Positions 61,367-64,000 of a stretch of DNA of 64,000 nucleotides are shown piece after piece. The notes beneath the pieces are model-generated. The model saw nothing but the letters and a program-made list of their open reading frames with translations. It ran no database searches and was not told the DNA's origin. Made by a program: the position numbers and the translations under genes. Numbering within the stretch: position 1 is the first letter of the stretch; each line of letters begins with the position of its first letter. The DNA lies in the NCBI GenBank assembly GCA_049903315.1, contig JBNGBT010000008.1:32001-96000 (forward strand). The letters are read 5' to 3'. The DNA comes from Candidatus Cloacimonadota bacterium (GTDB taxonomy: Bacteria > Cloacimonadota > Cloacimonadia > JGIOTU-2).

Positions 61367-62001
61367 TGGCAATAAAATATTCGGAACTGGTGATCGAGCA
61401 TTTTAAAAATCCGCATAATGTCGGCACGATTGAGAAAGCAGATGCTCTTGCAACTGAAGGAAGCCCGGCGTGTGGAGATCAGCTCACAGTATATCTCAAA
61501 GTTAATCCTGACACACAGGTCATTGAAGATATCAAATTCCAGTCATACGGATGTGCATCCAATATTGCCACAGCTTCGATAATCACCGATCTTGCTCTCG
61601 GTAAAACACTGGAAGAAGCAAAATCAATCAGTTGGAAGCAGGCAGCTGAAGAACTCGGAGGGCTTCCACCAGTGAAAATGCATTGCTCCGTGCTTGCAGT
61701 GGACGCATTACGCTCTGCGATCAAAGATTGGGAACATAAGCACCTTGGGAAAAAGGTCGAGGAGAATCTCACGAAAAAGAATCTCGTAAAAGAGCTTCAA
61801 AAAGTGATCTACGGGAAGGTGGGAGTTGATATAGTGAGTTTGAAACTGCTCAAATATATCGGCATCGACGAGAAGAAGAATGTGTTGATTGAACTCGCTG
61901 TCTCAAAAGATGATCCTTTTATTGAAGATCTAAAAAACGAGATTAATGAACGCATGGAGAAATTTCCTGGCATAGCTTCTGTTAAGATCTCACTGGTTTA
62001 G
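61366..62001 (+). CDS. iscU: IscU/NifU-like Fe-S scaffold with C-terminal DUF59/FeS_assembly_P-like domain
   Basis: HFKNPHNVG, ACGD, YGCAS, LPPVKMHCS. Tail 'ELQKVI...VDIVSLKLL'. Confidence 0.85.
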   Translation: MAIKYSELVIEHFKNPHNVGTIEKADALATEGSPACGDQLTVYLKVNPDTQVIEDIKFQSYGCASNIATASIITDLALGKTLEEAKSISWKQAAEELGGLPPVKMHCSVLAVDALRSAIKDWEHKHLGKKVEENLTKKNLVKELQKVIYGKVGVDIVSLKLLKYIGIDEKKNVLIELAVSKDDPFIEDLKNEINERMEKFPGIASVKISLV

Positions 62002-62033
62002 CGGGCCTAACTCGGATAAGTCGGGAAAGATTT

Positions 62034-62330
62034 AACCACGAAAGACACGAAATCCCACGAAAAATGAAAGAATAGAACGCTGATTACGCAGATTATACTG
62101 ATCATCACGTATTCAGAAAATATTTTTCAAAAATGTAACAGAATTATAGAATTAAGTGACTAAATCAAATAAACCGAAACCACAAAGAATTCACCACAGA
62201 GAACACAGAGAAAATCTCCTCTAACAAGAGGAGTACGACTTTAGTCGGGAGGTGTGTTTCATAGGAAATTCCGTACCTGTCCCTGTGAATTGATTTATAT
62301 TCAAGAGGGGTGAAATATTAGATATTCACC
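62034..62330. repeat. Mosaic of several short REP-like repeat families in convergent spacer
   Basis: CACGAAA x3 (62037, 62046, 62056), AACGCTGATTACGCAGATTATACTGAT, TTCACCACAGAGAACACAGAG, hairpins CTCCTCT/AGAGGAG and CGACTTTAGTCG. Confidence 0.6.
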
Positions 62331-62431
62331 CAGAAATCGTTATGGATTTGATTGCTAAAACATTCAGTAAAAGGAATTGAGAATTAAGCAACTCATGCTC
62401 ATCTACACTCTATAATTTTATAAAGAACGAT

Positions 62432-63379
62432 TTATTTTCTTTTTAGTAAATACACAAAAAATGGCGCACCGAAAAGTGCGGTCACAACACCGACCGGAAT
62501 TTCAATTACCATCACTGAGCGCGCTATGGCATCGCATATCACGAGGAAGCTTGCACCAAGAAGCGCTGAGAGCGGAAGCATGTAGCGGTTGTCCGATCCA
62601 ATAAGAAAACGGGCAATATGAGGGATGATAAGTCCAACAAACCCGATAATTCCAACAAATGACACAATTATACCAACTAGAAATGAAGTAAGAATAAAGA
62701 GGAACTTTCGAGTTTTGTAAACATTCACCCCGAGTGTCTCTGCAGAATATTCCCCGGTTGAAAGGATGTTCAGCTTTGCCGAGAAAAGGCACAGGACAAT
62801 CACGCCAATAATCGAAAAACCGGCAATCATCCAGAGTAAAAATGACGTGGATTGAGAAAATATGAACCCGAGATTTCCCATAAGAATTGAGAATATTTGA
62901 GCAAGGTCTTTATGAAAGATGCTCATGAGAAAAGCAATGATCGCAGAGAAGAACATATTCACCACAACACCTGCAAGAATAAGCCTGGTTTTATCAATAT
63001 GACGTTTTGTTTGAGCAATTTTCCATACAAGTATCATTGTAATAAGAGCGCCGAGAAATCCGAATAACGGCATCAAATATATCTTCTTGAGAAGAAGACC
63101 GATGATATTTCCAAGTGCGGCGCCGGAAGAGATGCCGAGCAAATAAGGTTCTGCAAGGGGATTATGAAGCATGCCCTGAAGTACACCGCCACTTGTTGCA
63201 AGCACAAGACCGGCAGCGATCCCAAGCATGATGCGCGGTATTCGAATGTTAAATAAGATATTTTTGCTTGTTTCCGAAAGAGAAAAAAGATTAATGGAGC
63301 TTCCACCAATCTGAAGCGATACAAATATTGCGGCAAGTAATGCAATAAATCCGAGGAGAATGTATAATTTCTTATTCAT
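62432..63379 (-). CDS. FecCD/BtuC family ABC permease
   Basis: IRIPR, NPLAEPYLLGISSGA, GIIGFVGLIIPHIAR, IPVGVVTALFGAPFF. Confidence 0.93.
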   Translation of the reverse strand: MNKKLYILLGFIALLAAIFVSLQIGGSSINLFSLSETSKNILFNIRIPRIMLGIAAGLVLATSGGVLQGMLHNPLAEPYLLGISSGAALGNIIGLLLKKIYLMPLFGFLGALITMILVWKIAQTKRHIDKTRLILAGVVVNMFFSAIIAFLMSIFHKDLAQIFSILMGNLGFIFSQSTSFLLWMIAGFSIIGVIVLCLFSAKLNILSTGEYSAETLGVNVYKTRKFLFILTSFLVGIIVSFVGIIGFVGLIIPHIARFLIGSDNRYMLPLSALLGASFLVICDAIARSVMVIEIPVGVVTALFGAPFFVYLLKRK

Positions 63380-64000
63380 TTATTGAGAAGAAAGCTGCGA
63401 TAATTTTTGTATTCCCTGAACGATTCGAGGACCAGCCCTTAAAATGAGATCGGGATCGATATCTTCTGTGGTGAAGATCATGTCGTTTTTGTTTGCGTTA
63501 ATTTTATCCCACCCCAATCTGTCTTTGATGTCCGCCTTATTCACATGTGGGTACGTAATAAGAATGATATCAGGATTGAGTTCCACAACTTTTTCTGCTG
63601 AGACAGAACAATATTCTCGAGGGAGTATAGGAAAGATGTTCTTAAGTCCTGCTTTGAGAATCATGTCTCCAACAAAGGAATCTGAAGATGCTGTCATGAG
63701 AGGATTGTTGTAGATTTCAACATAGATTGTCGGGGCTTCTTGAGGTTTTTGTATTATGTCGATTGCATTCTGCATTGAGACTATAAGTGAGTCAGCGCTA
63801 TCTTCTTTTTCCAGATAGGTTCCTATCTCAGATATTGTATGATAGAGTCCGTTAATTGATCTCGGATAGAATTGGTGAACAGTAATATTGAGATCCCGCA
63901 ATTTCTGTGAGAAAATTTCCTGCTCCATGCCTGTGAGAAAAACTGCATCCGGTTCGAGGGCAAGAATTTTTTCTATATTTGGAGCACTGAAACTGCCAAT
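63380..64000 (-). CDS. Periplasmic substrate-binding protein (BtuF-like), 5' end outside window
   Basis: Frame open to the edge: IGSFSAPNIEKILALEPDAVF...VSAEKVVELNPDII...RAGPRIVQGI. Confidence 0.85.
   Translation of the reverse strand: MGSFSAPNIEKILALEPDAVFLTGMEQEIFSQKLRDLNITVHQFYPRSINGLYHTISEIGTYLEKEDSADSLIVSMQNAIDIIQKPQEAPTIYVEIYNNPLMTASSDSFVGDMILKAGLKNIFPILPREYCSVSAEKVVELNPDIILITYPHVNKADIKDRLGWDKINANKNDMIFTTEDIDPDLILRAGPRIVQGIQKLSQLSSQ

Noticed and set aside
62002..62431. CRISPR array
   Set aside because: No constant 25-40 bp repeat with regular spacers and no cas genes.

Overview
Bacterial chromosome segment, probably from the FCB group. Candidatus Cloacimonadota is my best guess, inferred from 'NPF...IYNIKGQ' FlgD/T9SS-like C-terminal domains and gene content, and is not verified. 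Bases 1-30.1 kb (minus strand) hold an atypical type IV pilus locus. It has five pilin-like genes with no class III prepilin leader, PilB (MshEN), PilC, a PilT with a degenerate Asp box, a PilM-PilN-TPR-SPOR-TPR fusion, a PilO-PilP fusion and a short secretin. It also carries a sigma54 promoter with tandem candidate enhancer sites, two TMTC-like GT-C glycosyltransferases, a PilR-like activator, several two-component genes and two large surface proteins. Bases 30.5-43.6 kb (plus strand) carry mnmG-rsmG-parA-parB-M23-bactofilin and a full Na+-type F1Fo operon. That operon encodes both a single c subunit and a triplicated c subunit whose internal ion sites have lost Na+ ligands. Bases 43.7-64 kb carry metabolic and transport genes, an AT-rich beta-helix protein, folC and a probable cobalamin uptake operon (btuF/C/D, TonB receptor, BtuG-like propeller). 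That operon is interrupted by an oppositely oriented rrf2-iscS-iscU cassette. Several families of small REP-like repeats occur in spacers and in frame inside one CDS. I saw no rRNA, tRNA, CRISPR array or transposase.
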